NCBI GenBank assembly: GCA_048887225.1
Contig: JBHLJY010000008.1
Location: 46,384-110,383 of the forward strand
Length of the DNA: 64,000 bases
Source of the DNA: Candidatus Hodarchaeota archaeon
GTDB lineage: Archaea; Asgardarchaeota; Lokiarchaeia; Sigyniarchaeales; SOKP01
Direction: 5' to 3'
The notes beneath the pieces were generated by a model. The model was not told where the DNA came from. It saw nothing but the letters and a program-made list of their open reading frames with translations, and did not search any database. The position numbers were made by a program, and so were the translations under genes. Of this stretch, positions 1-10,050 are shown piece by piece; positions within the stretch are counted from its first letter, which is position 1, and every line of letters begins with the position of its first letter.

Positions 1-1
1 T

Positions 2-862
2 ATTACTTATTTTCTTGGAGAGAAATTCAAATTATTAAAATATTTCATAGAAAATCAACAAAAACTTATTTTTGTGGAAACAAACAAAAGGGTATTAAAA
101 GCAAGGATTTTGGTTGGATGCGACGGCCCTCTCTCTTTAGTAGCAAGCTCTTTTGGAATTAGAAATAAACTTCTATATGGAACTCAAATTAGAATAAAAG
201 GCAACTTTGATCAAAAAGAAGCAGTAATGTTCTTTGATCCTCGCTGGAAAGAATTATTTGGGTGGATAGTATCAGAAGGAAGCAACAATATATATAGAAT
301 TGGACTTTCATCTGCTAAGAATATAAATATAAATTTTAAGATTTTCTTAAATATGCTCCCTATCATTAGCGATGAAAAAATTGATCAGCAAGGCGGATTA
401 ATACCTTATGGAATTATGAACAAATTAGCATTTGATAATGCTTTACTATTAGGGGATTCTGCATGTCAAGTAAAAGCTACAACAGGAGGAGGAATAGTTA
501 TGCTATTAATAGCAGCGAAATATGCGTGTTATTGCATTCAAAATTGCTTTAAATCCAATAAATTTTCAAAGAGATTTATTAAAAAATATTATGAAAAACC
601 TTGTCGTGCGTCGATTGGTAAACAACTAATAACTCATTACTTAATAAGACAACTTTTTGAAAACTTTAGTAATAAGGATTATGAAAATTTGTTTCAGATT
701 GTTAAAACCAATAAAATCGAAAAATTAATATCTTTATATGGAGATATGGATTTCCCAAGAAGTCTATTAATTAAATTGTTAAAAAATTCAAAAATAATAA
801 AATTCTTAATTCGATTGTTAATAAAAAAACCTTTTCTTGTTTTAAAACTAATCAAGTTATAA
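2..862 (+). CDS. Geranylgeranyl reductase family FAD-dependent oxidoreductase (5' truncated by window)
   Basis: GCDG motif, LLGDSACQVKATTGGGI motif; frame is open from base 2. Confidence 0.85.
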   Translation: MTYFLGEKFKLLKYFIENQQKLIFVETNKRVLKARILVGCDGPLSLVASSFGIRNKLLYGTQIRIKGNFDQKEAVMFFDPRWKELFGWIVSEGSNNIYRIGLSSAKNININFKIFLNMLPIISDEKIDQQGGLIPYGIMNKLAFDNALLLGDSACQVKATTGGGIVMLLIAAKYACYCIQNCFKSNKFSKRFIKKYYEKPCRASIGKQLITHYLIRQLFENFSNKDYENLFQIVKTNKIEKLISLYGDMDFPRSLLIKLLKNSKIIKFLIRLLIKKPFLVLKLIKL

Positions 863-863
863 T

Positions 864-1250
864 TTATCTATATGGAGAGCCCCACGTAAAAATCGGAATA
901 TGCCCAAACAAGAAATACCAAACTACAAAAAAAGAAACAATAATAATGTCAACAACAAGGCCAAATCCTTTAACACCTTTAGGAATACCTAAACCTTCCT
1001 TATTTCGACATTGTACAATGGCACGTACTCCTGCTACTAAATAAATCAGAGCAACTAAAAGAGAAACAATATATAAAAAAATCGCAAACAATGCAAAAGT
1101 ATAAATTGGTCTTCCTTCTGGATCAACTAGTATATTTAACAATGTCCAATATTCAAATATTAAATAGGATGGAATGGCGATAAAGATAATTGCTGATAAA
1201 AAGAAAGCCAAGCTCCAAAGGATACCTTTTAATGCCATTTTAACATCCAA
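864..1250 (-). CDS. Small membrane protein (3 TM), unknown function
   Basis: Three hydrophobic stretches. Confidence 0.7.
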   Translation of the reverse strand: MDVKMALKGILWSLAFFLSAIIFIAIPSYLIFEYWTLLNILVDPEGRPIYTFALFAIFLYIVSLLVALIYLVAGVRAIVQCRNKEGLGIPKGVKGFGLVVDIIIVSFFVVWYFLFGHIPIFTWGSPYR

Positions 1251-1336
1251 TTAACATCTTATTATTTTTATTTAGTATATTCTTGATTATTTATAAGATT
1301 TGTTAGCGAATGAATTCTGAGCTCTTAGAAGCAGAT

Positions 1337-1849
1337 TTATTGAGGTTGAAAATCCTCATTTAATATAATCATTGTTGCGAGTTTTGCAGCATTTCCAACT
1401 AAATCAGGACAATAATCCATTAATCCACCAGGAGCCATAGCTGCTGCAATATCATCAGGTTCCCACATATCATATGCCCTCCCTGTAAAAGATACCTGCA
1501 AATTTTCACAACGACACGTTCCATATTTTTCAACAAACTGAAAATGTAATTTCTTGACAAGTTCATAAGATTTAAAGGGTTTTAATGGGTTTTTAAAATC
1601 TGAATGGTCTCTCCCGAATAAATAACTTATTACCATGGATGCACCAACAAGGGCACCACACGCACCATCTCTGGTTAATCCTAATCCATCAGCTAATCCA
1701 CTCGCTGATTTGAAAACACTCTCATCCCAAATACCTAATGCTTCGAAAATAGCAGCAATAACGCATTGGGCGCATCCTGTACATTCTGCTTCGTACTTTT
1801 TTCCAAGTTCGAAGGCTTTATTCAAAATTGAGTCTTTTGATTCTGCCAT
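1337..1849 (-). CDS. C_GCAxxG_C_C family putative redox-active protein
   Basis: GCAQC, GACGALVG, CRC and YC motifs. Confidence 0.85.
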   Translation of the reverse strand: MAESKDSILNKAFELGKKYEAECTGCAQCVIAAIFEALGIWDESVFKSASGLADGLGLTRDGACGALVGASMVISYLFGRDHSDFKNPLKPFKSYELVKKLHFQFVEKYGTCRCENLQVSFTGRAYDMWEPDDIAAAMAPGGLMDYCPDLVGNAAKLATMIILNEDFQPQ

Positions 1850-1940
1850 TTTTCTTCATTTTAAATAGATATTGGTAAAATATATAATCTGGTTATTGAT
1901 TAAATTTATTAAATTTATTAAATATATATAGGTTTTTAAA

Positions 1941-3089
1941 TTGAATTTTGAACTTACGGAACAACAACAACTTGTTAGACGAAGTGTAAGAAAATTTGCT
2001 GAAGAAATTCTAGCACCAGCAGCCCCTATATTTGACCGTGAAGCCCAATATAGTTGGGATATTATAAATGAATTATCTAAAATAAATGCTTTTGGTATTC
2101 AACTTCCAGAAAAGTATGGAGGTGCTGATTTAGATAATATTAGTTATGCAATTACTATTGAAGAAATTTCACGTGTATGTGCATCAACTGGACTAATGTT
2201 GTCTGTTCATAATTCTGTAGGAGCTTATCCCATTTATAAATGGGGAACAGAAGAACAGAAGGAAAAGTATTTATACGACATTGCTCATGGAAAAAAAATT
2301 TCGGGTTTTTCTTGGACGGAACCAAACGCAGGATCAGATGCGCAAGGAATTGAATGTACTATGGTTCAGGATGGAAATGACTTTATTTTAAACGGTTCAA
2401 AAATATTCGTGACTAACGGTGCTATAGGGTCAGTTTTATTAATTGGAACGAGATATAAAACTAACGATGGTCAAAAAGGGATAGCAACTGTAATCCTTGA
2501 GAAAGATATGAAAGGATATGAAATAGGGCAACCTGAAGATAAATTGGGTGTCCGAGGGAATATTACTACAAGCTTATATTTTCATGATATTCTGATTCCC
2601 AAAGAAAATGTATTAGGTTCTCTTGACGATGGATTTAGAATTGCAATGCGAACTTTAGATGTAGGAAGAATTGGCATTGCTGCTCAAGCATTAGGAATAG
2701 CACAAGCTGCTTACGAACATTCTGTAGAGTATTCACAGGGAAGAATTCAATTTAAAAGACCTATTTCGCAGTTTCAAGGTATATCATTTAAGCTAGCTGA
2801 GATGTCAACTAAAATTGATGCTGCAAGACTGTTAATTTATAGGGCGTCATATATGAAAGATAAAAAAAAGAGATTTTCAAAAGAGTCTGCGATGTGTAAA
2901 TACTTTGCAAGCAAAATTGCCCGTCAGGTGACTCAAGAAGCTATTCAAATTCACGGGGGATACGGTTATATGAAAGATTTACCACTCGAAAGATATTATA
3001 GGGATGCGGCTGCAACCACAATATACGAAGGGACGAGTGAGATAATGAAATTAATAATTGCTCAGCAGATCTTAAGAGGCAATTTGTAG
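1941..3089 (+). CDS. Acyl-CoA dehydrogenase
   Basis: TEPNAGSD, GSKIFVTNG, QIHGGYGY, IYEGTSE motifs. Confidence 0.95.
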   Translation: MNFELTEQQQLVRRSVRKFAEEILAPAAPIFDREAQYSWDIINELSKINAFGIQLPEKYGGADLDNISYAITIEEISRVCASTGLMLSVHNSVGAYPIYKWGTEEQKEKYLYDIAHGKKISGFSWTEPNAGSDAQGIECTMVQDGNDFILNGSKIFVTNGAIGSVLLIGTRYKTNDGQKGIATVILEKDMKGYEIGQPEDKLGVRGNITTSLYFHDILIPKENVLGSLDDGFRIAMRTLDVGRIGIAAQALGIAQAAYEHSVEYSQGRIQFKRPISQFQGISFKLAEMSTKIDAARLLIYRASYMKDKKKRFSKESAMCKYFASKIARQVTQEAIQIHGGYGYMKDLPLERYYRDAAATTIYEGTSEIMKLIIAQQILRGNL

Positions 3090-3141
3090 CATTTACAAAT
3101 GAATTAAATTAGCTAACAAGTCATACGAGGAAAAATTTTAT

Positions 3142-3951
3142 ATGCTCAATATATTTGTTTTAATAAAACAAGTTCCAAGCCTTCATAATCTCGAAATTGA
3201 CCAAAGAACTGGAACATTAATTCGTGAAGGTGTTAAAAATATTATTAATCCCGACGATTTATATAGTTTAGAGTTAGGTCTTAGTTTAAAAGAGCAATAT
3301 GGAGGGGAAATCACTATTATGACCATGGGACCTCCGCAAGCGGAATTTGCTTTAAGAGAATGCTTGGCAATGGGTGCTGATAAAGCTATTTTAATAACTG
3401 ATGAGCAATTTTCTTATTCAGATACTCTTCAAACGACTTTAGTTCTGAAAGAGGCATTTGATAAGATAAAGAATTACGATATAATTATTACTGGAAGCCA
3501 AACTTCCGATTCAAGCACAGGACAAGTACCTTTTCAATTATCTGAAGCATTAGATATACCCTTAATTACAGATATTTTTACCATGGAGATAGAAAATAAT
3601 CTTTTTAAATGTCATAGAAATTTTGGACATGAATCTCAAAATATATCCGTAGAACTACCAATCTTAATACGTGTTAGAAGACATTTTAACGATCCTCGAC
3701 ATATCTCCTTATCTGGAATAAAAAAGGCATTTGAGAAGAAAATTGAAATTTACGACTTTAATACATTTAATTGTCCTGAATATCTCGATGGATGTAATAA
3801 ATCCCCCACAGCAGTCGTTAGGACAGAAAGAATTGTTCTTAAAAGAAAGAATGAAATTATTGAAGGAAATATCAATGAAAAGATTCAAAAGTTAATAAAG
3901 ATCATGCAAGAACATGGAATCGAAAGGATATGGACTGGGGAACAAGTATAA
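3142..3951 (+). CDS. etfB: Electron transfer flavoprotein beta subunit
   Basis: KQVP, INPDD, TMGPPQA, SDSSTGQV motifs; between acyl-CoA dehydrogenase and etfA. Confidence 0.92.
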   Translation: MLNIFVLIKQVPSLHNLEIDQRTGTLIREGVKNIINPDDLYSLELGLSLKEQYGGEITIMTMGPPQAEFALRECLAMGADKAILITDEQFSYSDTLQTTLVLKEAFDKIKNYDIIITGSQTSDSSTGQVPFQLSEALDIPLITDIFTMEIENNLFKCHRNFGHESQNISVELPILIRVRRHFNDPRHISLSGIKKAFEKKIEIYDFNTFNCPEYLDGCNKSPTAVVRTERIVLKRKNEIIEGNINEKIQKLIKIMQEHGIERIWTGEQV

Positions 3952-3969
3952 TAAGGAGATTGAGAGAAA

Positions 3970-4977
3970 ATGAGTAATTTAAGTGAATATAAAGATGTGT
4001 GGGTTTTTACAGAAATAAAAGATCATGTTGAGGTCCATGAATGTTCATTGCAGATTTTAGGAAAAGCAAGAGAAATTGCTGATAAATTAGAACAAAAGCT
4101 TGTAGCCATTGTAGTAGCTTTAGATGCAGAACAATATCTCCCAGTTATTGAGGAAAATGGTGTTGATAAAATTATATATTTAAGTCATCAAGATTTAAAG
4201 CATTATCACGAGCGCATTTTCACAGATTTAGTATATGACATTGTTGAAAAACATAAACCTTCTATATTTTTATTTCCCTCTACGGAAGCAGGAAACGCTT
4301 TAGCAGCACGATTAGCTTATCGATTACGTACTGGATTAGTAAGTTCAGTCTTAGATTTAGAATTAAGTGATGAATTTGGAAATAATTTATTAATAGGAGA
4401 TAAGCCAGCCTATTTAGGAAATGTTGTTGCACAAATAATTTGTCCCAATACGAGACCACAGATGTGTACAGTTACTTTAGGTACATTTCAAAAGAAGCAA
4501 TTAAAGAAAGATAATGTTGAAATTGAGAAAGTTGAATATGAATATGATAAAAACAATATAAAAATTAAAATCATTGGTGCTCCAACTCGAAAGGACAAAC
4601 CTACAGCTACTCTATCTGATGCTAAATTTGTAATCGGAGGTGGCCATGGATTAGTATCAAAGGATAATTTCGATAAATTAAATGAACTTGCTAATTTGAC
4701 AAATGGACAGGTGGGAGGTACTCGGAGGCCAATTCTTGATGGGTGGATGCCGGAGCATTTACAGATTGGAATAAGTGGAGAGACGATATTTTCAGATTTA
4801 TATTTAGCATTTGGAATATCTGGAGCAATCCAACATATTGTAGGCATAACTGACTCAAAAACAATTATAGCAATTAATAAAGATCCAAATGCCCCAATTT
4901 TTAAAGTTGCTGATTATTGCGTTATTGGAGATACTAACGAGATTTTGGAAGGTTTGCTGAACTATTTTAGAATTTAA
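3970..4977 (+). CDS. etfA: Electron transfer flavoprotein alpha subunit
   Basis: RPQM, QIGISG, GISGAIQH, INKDPNAPIF motifs. Confidence 0.95.
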   Translation: MSNLSEYKDVWVFTEIKDHVEVHECSLQILGKAREIADKLEQKLVAIVVALDAEQYLPVIEENGVDKIIYLSHQDLKHYHERIFTDLVYDIVEKHKPSIFLFPSTEAGNALAARLAYRLRTGLVSSVLDLELSDEFGNNLLIGDKPAYLGNVVAQIICPNTRPQMCTVTLGTFQKKQLKKDNVEIEKVEYEYDKNNIKIKIIGAPTRKDKPTATLSDAKFVIGGGHGLVSKDNFDKLNELANLTNGQVGGTRRPILDGWMPEHLQIGISGETIFSDLYLAFGISGAIQHIVGITDSKTIIAINKDPNAPIFKVADYCVIGDTNEILEGLLNYFRI

Positions 4978-5063
4978 AAAAAGAGATTAATCCTCATTTT
5001 CAGGAATATTTCCTTTAATTTTAGCGTTAAATAGAGTAGCTCTGTATACAAAAAGAGGGTAAA

Positions 5064-6740
5064 TTAAAATATAATACTTAAACCTGACGTGAGAGGACTT
5101 AATGTACATATAATTAAGATAAAAAACACGGTGTTCACTATGGCGCCAGATAATATATTTCTAGTTTTCTGATATAAAAGAGCCGAAATAAAAACAGATA
5201 ATAAAAACATTGGCACTGCGAAATATAAAAACATTATATAAAAGAAATTCCCTAACAAAACACAGATAATTAAAATATAAGAAATAAAATATACCATTAC
5301 AATAACATAGTGTAATAATGCCGCCTTAAATAGATTTCTAAGCCCTTTCTCAAATTTTACTTGGATGATAGCTTGAAAGAGTATACTGAATATTATGAAC
5401 ATAAAAAAGCCGATGGCAAAATATATTGGGATCCATAGAAATTTGTTTAGTGAGGGAATAATTCCTAAATAATTTAATCCAATTGAGAGATATAGTATTG
5501 TGTATAATATCGATGCAATAATCGCTCCTAATGCAATTTGTCTAAATAAATCCTCTCGCTTAACTCTAAATGGTTTTATAAGAATTTCTTTAATTGATAA
5601 TTTGTTTTTTTTCCCAATTCTCCATAATAAAATGAATATGCCAAATGCTTGTCCAAATAAAATTGCAATCGATAATCCTGCGGTGGATAATGGCAAAAAC
5701 AGAAAAATCGTTAATAATATAATAAACATTCCCGGAATTGCTAAAGCTATTGAATAGATAATTGTTTTTAGCGATAATGTCGTTATTGTTTCATCTTCCG
5801 TTTTTATTTCAAAAAGATCCTCTTCTTTCAACTTAGCAATTAAATTTGAGAGTGGTTTTATGATTAGAAAGAAAAATCCAACACCACCAATGAGTTGCAT
5901 AATTAAAAATAGAGCCCTTAAATTTGCATAAAAATCTTCTTCTATAGGATCTATATCAGGAAATGTGTTAATAACCCAATCTCTTGCTTCTCGTAAAAAA
6001 TCTTGATCATATGCTGTCGCAAAATGGTCTGAATTGTCATCATAAAACAACTTTGTAGCATTCCCATCTTCGAAACTTCCATATAATTTGTTTACATTGA
6101 CATCTTCCTCGTCTATATTTAGTCTTTCTGCAATTTCTTCTTTCCTACCTTTAAGATTGAACGCTTGATCATATTTCGCTAAAATCATAAGAATATTTAA
6201 ATATCTATTTTTACAATCTTCATAATCTAAGCCTAAACTCGTTCCGATTCCAATAAAACATTTGAAATCATAATCATCTTTAATAATATCATTTCCAGCT
6301 AAACCACCCATAGAATAACCAATATAACCATAATTGTCATTATCTATATCTCCTCTATCATTTAAAAATTTTTTTACTGCTTTTATATCATTTTTTAATT
6401 TGTTTCTTTCTAATTCCCCAGTACTTAATCCATGACCTCTAAAATCACATGATACTACAAAAAATCCCGAAGAGGCCAATTCAATAGCGTAACTTTTTAA
6501 CATCTCTTTATTTACCATTATCCCATGTCCAATTATTATGGCTTTCATCTTCTTATCACCATTAATTGGTTGATATGTGTTAAACGAAATTTGTACGTTA
6601 TCTTTTGTCTCTACCATTAGATTATATCTAATTTTAATATTTGAAGGTGTAATAAAAATAAGAATGGTTCCAGAAACGAAAATCAAGAAAAAAATAGAGA
6701 TTAGAATTATTCTTTTTATATCTAATTCCTTTAGATTCAT
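5064..6740 (-). CDS. Alpha/beta hydrolase fused to a multi-TM C-terminal domain
   Basis: HG, DFRGHG, GYSMG nucleophile elbow; about 8 C-terminal TM helices. Confidence 0.8.
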   Translation of the reverse strand: MNLKELDIKRIILISIFFLIFVSGTILIFITPSNIKIRYNLMVETKDNVQISFNTYQPINGDKKMKAIIIGHGIMVNKEMLKSYAIELASSGFFVVSCDFRGHGLSTGELERNKLKNDIKAVKKFLNDRGDIDNDNYGYIGYSMGGLAGNDIIKDDYDFKCFIGIGTSLGLDYEDCKNRYLNILMILAKYDQAFNLKGRKEEIAERLNIDEEDVNVNKLYGSFEDGNATKLFYDDNSDHFATAYDQDFLREARDWVINTFPDIDPIEEDFYANLRALFLIMQLIGGVGFFFLIIKPLSNLIAKLKEEDLFEIKTEDETITTLSLKTIIYSIALAIPGMFIILLTIFLFLPLSTAGLSIAILFGQAFGIFILLWRIGKKNKLSIKEILIKPFRVKREDLFRQIALGAIIASILYTILYLSIGLNYLGIIPSLNKFLWIPIYFAIGFFMFIIFSILFQAIIQVKFEKGLRNLFKAALLHYVIVMVYFISYILIICVLLGNFFYIMFLYFAVPMFLLSVFISALLYQKTRNILSGAIVNTVFFILIICTLSPLTSGLSIIF

Positions 6741-6874
6741 AAAGAATTTCTCTTAGAATTAAAGTTAAGAAGTAATAATAAGTATTTAAGCATTTGATTT
6801 AAAAATTAACAATTTTTTATAAGCAAGTTAGTTTGTAAAAAAAGAAATTGAATATTAGGATAAAATAAAATTGA

Positions 6875-8674
6875 TTATTTTTTTCTTTTTAATTCCGCAA
6901 TTGTTTTTTCAGCTAATTTTTTTGCACTCTCGTATTGATTTCTCCATTTATTTACTTCTTGGTGCAAACTTGATATGTCATTTTTTAACATTGCTATTTC
7001 CTCATCACTAGCACCACTAGTCTGTGGGATTTCTGAATCTGCTTTTTGTTTAAGATAATTATATTTTTCTTTCCATACTTGAATTTGTGTTTTTAATTCT
7101 TTTATAGATTCGCTATTATCATCGCTAACTGATATCCCCTCATCCTTACTTATTGCAGCTTGTTCTAGTTTTAATGCTGCTAGTTCTTTTTCGAGGTCTT
7201 TAATTTTATCTTTTAATTTAGTATTTTCTTCTAAAAAATCGACAGTGGTTTTAGGTTTCATCATTTCTTGATACATTGATTTACTTGATTCCAGTACCTC
7301 TTCTGACTTATTCCCTAGAATTTTATCTTTTCGCTTTTGTAATTCACTAACAGTTTGTTCTGAAAGAAAATCAAGGGGATTAAATCCCACGCCTCCATGT
7401 TTTGTTCTTCGCTTTCTTACTTTAATAAATAGAGGGATTCCTTTAACAGCTTCGCCACAAATGATCCCTTGTCCTTTATCTAAACCAGATATATCGCTGG
7501 AATTTTCTCTACTTAGATCCTCCGCACTCTGAATCGTAATTCCAATATCTCTTATATCTGAAAGATTATGTACTACCCATGTACCACTTTGAGCTCTAAT
7601 TGTGACATCTAAGAGTTGTGGTCTTTGGGTTCCAATTACAATATTAGCACCGAATTTTCGCCCTTCCTGTGCAAATAATTTTACGATTTCACATGTCTCA
7701 GTTTGTTTCTTACCAGCAAAAAGGTGCGCTTCATCTAAGAATAGATAAAAAGGAGGAATTTCTCTATTTGTGCTTGCTTGATATAATTTTTTGAGAAGTT
7801 TGCTTGCTATCACTTCCTGAACTTCAAGGTTTAAACCTCTCATATTAATAATTGAGCATAAATTTGGAGCAACAATATCCGTTGACTCTAATGAAAACAA
7901 ATATTCAATGTCAACGTCAGCACTTTTATTCATTTTCATATCGGCATATTCAATTATTTTCTCAACAAATTCACTCGCATCAGGATCTTTAGTCTTGGGC
8001 ATTTCGGAAATTTCGCTTTCTAAACTTTTTCCACATTGTTTACAATTTTTAGAATCTTTAGGAATTTCTTCTCCACACCAAGGGCAAAATCCCGATTTAA
8101 CTTCAAAAGAAGCGGGTACTTCTTTTTCTAACTCTTCGCTGGCTACTTTTAAGCTCCCATATTCTCCGTGCCTATCTAAAATTACAACAGGTATACCTTT
8201 TTTCATAAATTCCTCGCATAATACTCCCATTGTATAACTTTTTCCTGAACCAGATTTTCCAGTTATAAAAATTCTTCCAAAATTCTTTACTAAAAGGTTT
8301 ACATCAAAAGGATAACCTATTAACTTTCCTAACGAAACTGATTTTTCAGGAGGATTATATATTCCTAAAACTTTACTAATTTGCTCTTCAGTTGCAAGGA
8401 AAGCTTCTGTACCCATCTCAAAAGGCTTGCTTGGTCTATCACCTAAGACTTGTAATTTTGCCATCATCCCTTTTGGTTCGCTCCACATCTCGGTAATATT
8501 CAGGATGTAAGATGGTCTCGTTCCTTCCTCTATTTCTTTGCCGTATATAACAAAATAGCTGTTTCTCTCAACCTTAGGGTCAGAAAATAGTATTTGGACT
8601 GAATGCGTTGTAGTTTTTCCAGTTAACCTTCCTACTGCACCTGGATTCAATTCTAATTCTTCTTGATCTGACAT
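6875..8674 (-). CDS. HerA/FtsK-superfamily ATPase with zinc-ribbon insert and C-terminal coiled coil
   Basis: Walker A GKSGSGKS, Walker B FLDEAH, EGRKFG, TQRP; CPWC..CKQC insert. Confidence 0.85.
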   Translation of the reverse strand: MSDQEELELNPGAVGRLTGKTTTHSVQILFSDPKVERNSYFVIYGKEIEEGTRPSYILNITEMWSEPKGMMAKLQVLGDRPSKPFEMGTEAFLATEEQISKVLGIYNPPEKSVSLGKLIGYPFDVNLLVKNFGRIFITGKSGSGKSYTMGVLCEEFMKKGIPVVILDRHGEYGSLKVASEELEKEVPASFEVKSGFCPWCGEEIPKDSKNCKQCGKSLESEISEMPKTKDPDASEFVEKIIEYADMKMNKSADVDIEYLFSLESTDIVAPNLCSIINMRGLNLEVQEVIASKLLKKLYQASTNREIPPFYLFLDEAHLFAGKKQTETCEIVKLFAQEGRKFGANIVIGTQRPQLLDVTIRAQSGTWVVHNLSDIRDIGITIQSAEDLSRENSSDISGLDKGQGIICGEAVKGIPLFIKVRKRRTKHGGVGFNPLDFLSEQTVSELQKRKDKILGNKSEEVLESSKSMYQEMMKPKTTVDFLEENTKLKDKIKDLEKELAALKLEQAAISKDEGISVSDDNSESIKELKTQIQVWKEKYNYLKQKADSEIPQTSGASDEEIAMLKNDISSLHQEVNKWRNQYESAKKLAEKTIAELKRKK

Positions 8675-8772
8675 TAGAAAATCACATTTAAAATAATTTT
8701 CAATTTTTTTTCTTTAACACCATTAGGCTATAATAGACAATTTAAAATATTTAAATCTTTAAGAATCCAATT

Positions 8773-9684
8773 TTAAGTCTTCTGATAAACTATACTTTTT
8801 TTTACCATATGATGAGGTTTATACGATTCTTTTGCCTTTCTTAAACCGGAAATTCCTAAATCTTGTTCTCTATTTACATATATAGCATCTTTGCAACAAT
8901 TTTTCAAAAATAAATTATTGATAGCTTGGTAAGAACCTTCGTAATTAATATGAGCTTTTTCTATGTGAATTACCATAGTGTTTGTATTCAACATCTCTCC
9001 TAATGTATATCCAACGCATTTGTCTTCCACGCATAATATTCCTCCTCTCAGATTTAAGTCAGAATAATTATTTAAAGCAGCGTTTATTGCCTTCTGTTCT
9101 TCCATTAAATCTTCATTGCTTTGACACTCGTTCATATCACACCATTCCAACTGTAGCGATCGAGTTTTTTCTATATAATCTTCACTTATTATATGAAACT
9201 CGTAGTTATACTCGGACATAAATTTATTTAACCATCTTCTTTTTTGGCGATACGTATTTCCTTGAAGTGAGATAAGCGCTTCTTTTTCGTAGATATAATC
9301 CCAATTATTTCTATCTTCTATGATATTTAGAGAATTAATATTCCTAATTTTATTAATTATACAATCTGGAACTCTGTGAATTTCAATATTATTCATTTCT
9401 TCAAATAAATCAACCATAATCTTTTCTGGATTTTGACCAATTGGAGGTAAAAAGAAAAATACATCTTGTTTATTTGAAAAGGGTTTTTTCCATTTTTTAA
9501 GATAGTTTTCCGAAAATATTAATAAGTGTTCATTATATTCCATGAATAAAAAATTATAATAATTTCTCCATATGAACAAATTGGTAAAAGTCAGTTCAGA
9601 AATCTCAGGTGGAAATTTCTGAAAATAATTGTTAAATAAAGGGTGGTCACTTATCTCTAAAGGCTTAGCATTGGTAGGATCCAT
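8773..9684 (-). CDS. DUF2156 / phosphatidylglycerol lysyltransferase-like GNAT protein
   Basis: SELTFTNLFIW, HIEKA, NREQDLG..GLRKAK.SY.P. Confidence 0.85.
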   Translation of the reverse strand: MDPTNAKPLEISDHPLFNNYFQKFPPEISELTFTNLFIWRNYYNFLFMEYNEHLLIFSENYLKKWKKPFSNKQDVFFFLPPIGQNPEKIMVDLFEEMNNIEIHRVPDCIINKIRNINSLNIIEDRNNWDYIYEKEALISLQGNTYRQKRRWLNKFMSEYNYEFHIISEDYIEKTRSLQLEWCDMNECQSNEDLMEEQKAINAALNNYSDLNLRGGILCVEDKCVGYTLGEMLNTNTMVIHIEKAHINYEGSYQAINNLFLKNCCKDAIYVNREQDLGISGLRKAKESYKPHHMVKKSIVYQKT

Positions 9685-9789
9685 TATGAAATTGAATAGT
9701 AAAGAGATTTATAAATTTAATAATTAATCTTTTCAATAAATTTTATTTAATATAATCATTTAAAAGATTACCCACTTCTCTATATTTTT

Positions 9790-9924
9790 TTAGAGCTTCA
9801 ATAAATTATCGCCGTTGAGAACAGGAATACCCTCTTTATCTAATTCATTTATTGCAATCTTAAATTCTTTAAATTTATATAGCTCTAGAAGTTTATAGTG
9901 ATAATTCAATGTTTCAGTATCCAT
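9790..9924 (-). CDS. Possible small ORF (44 aa) or gene remnant
   Basis: ATG at 9924, TAA at 9790-9792: MDTETLNYHYKLLELYKFKEFKIAINELDKEGIPVLNGDNLLKL. Confidence 0.3.
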   Translation of the reverse strand: MDTETLNYHYKLLELYKFKEFKIAINELDKEGIPVLNGDNLLKL

Positions 9925-10050
9925 CCGACCTACACTCTATTTAATCAAATCTCCTTGTTTCGAGCTTCTTGCTTCAGCGGGCAAAGTATGCGTTGGTTCC
10001 TTTATATAAATTAAAAAAAATAAAAAAATAGTAGGGTTTTAATTAAAGAT

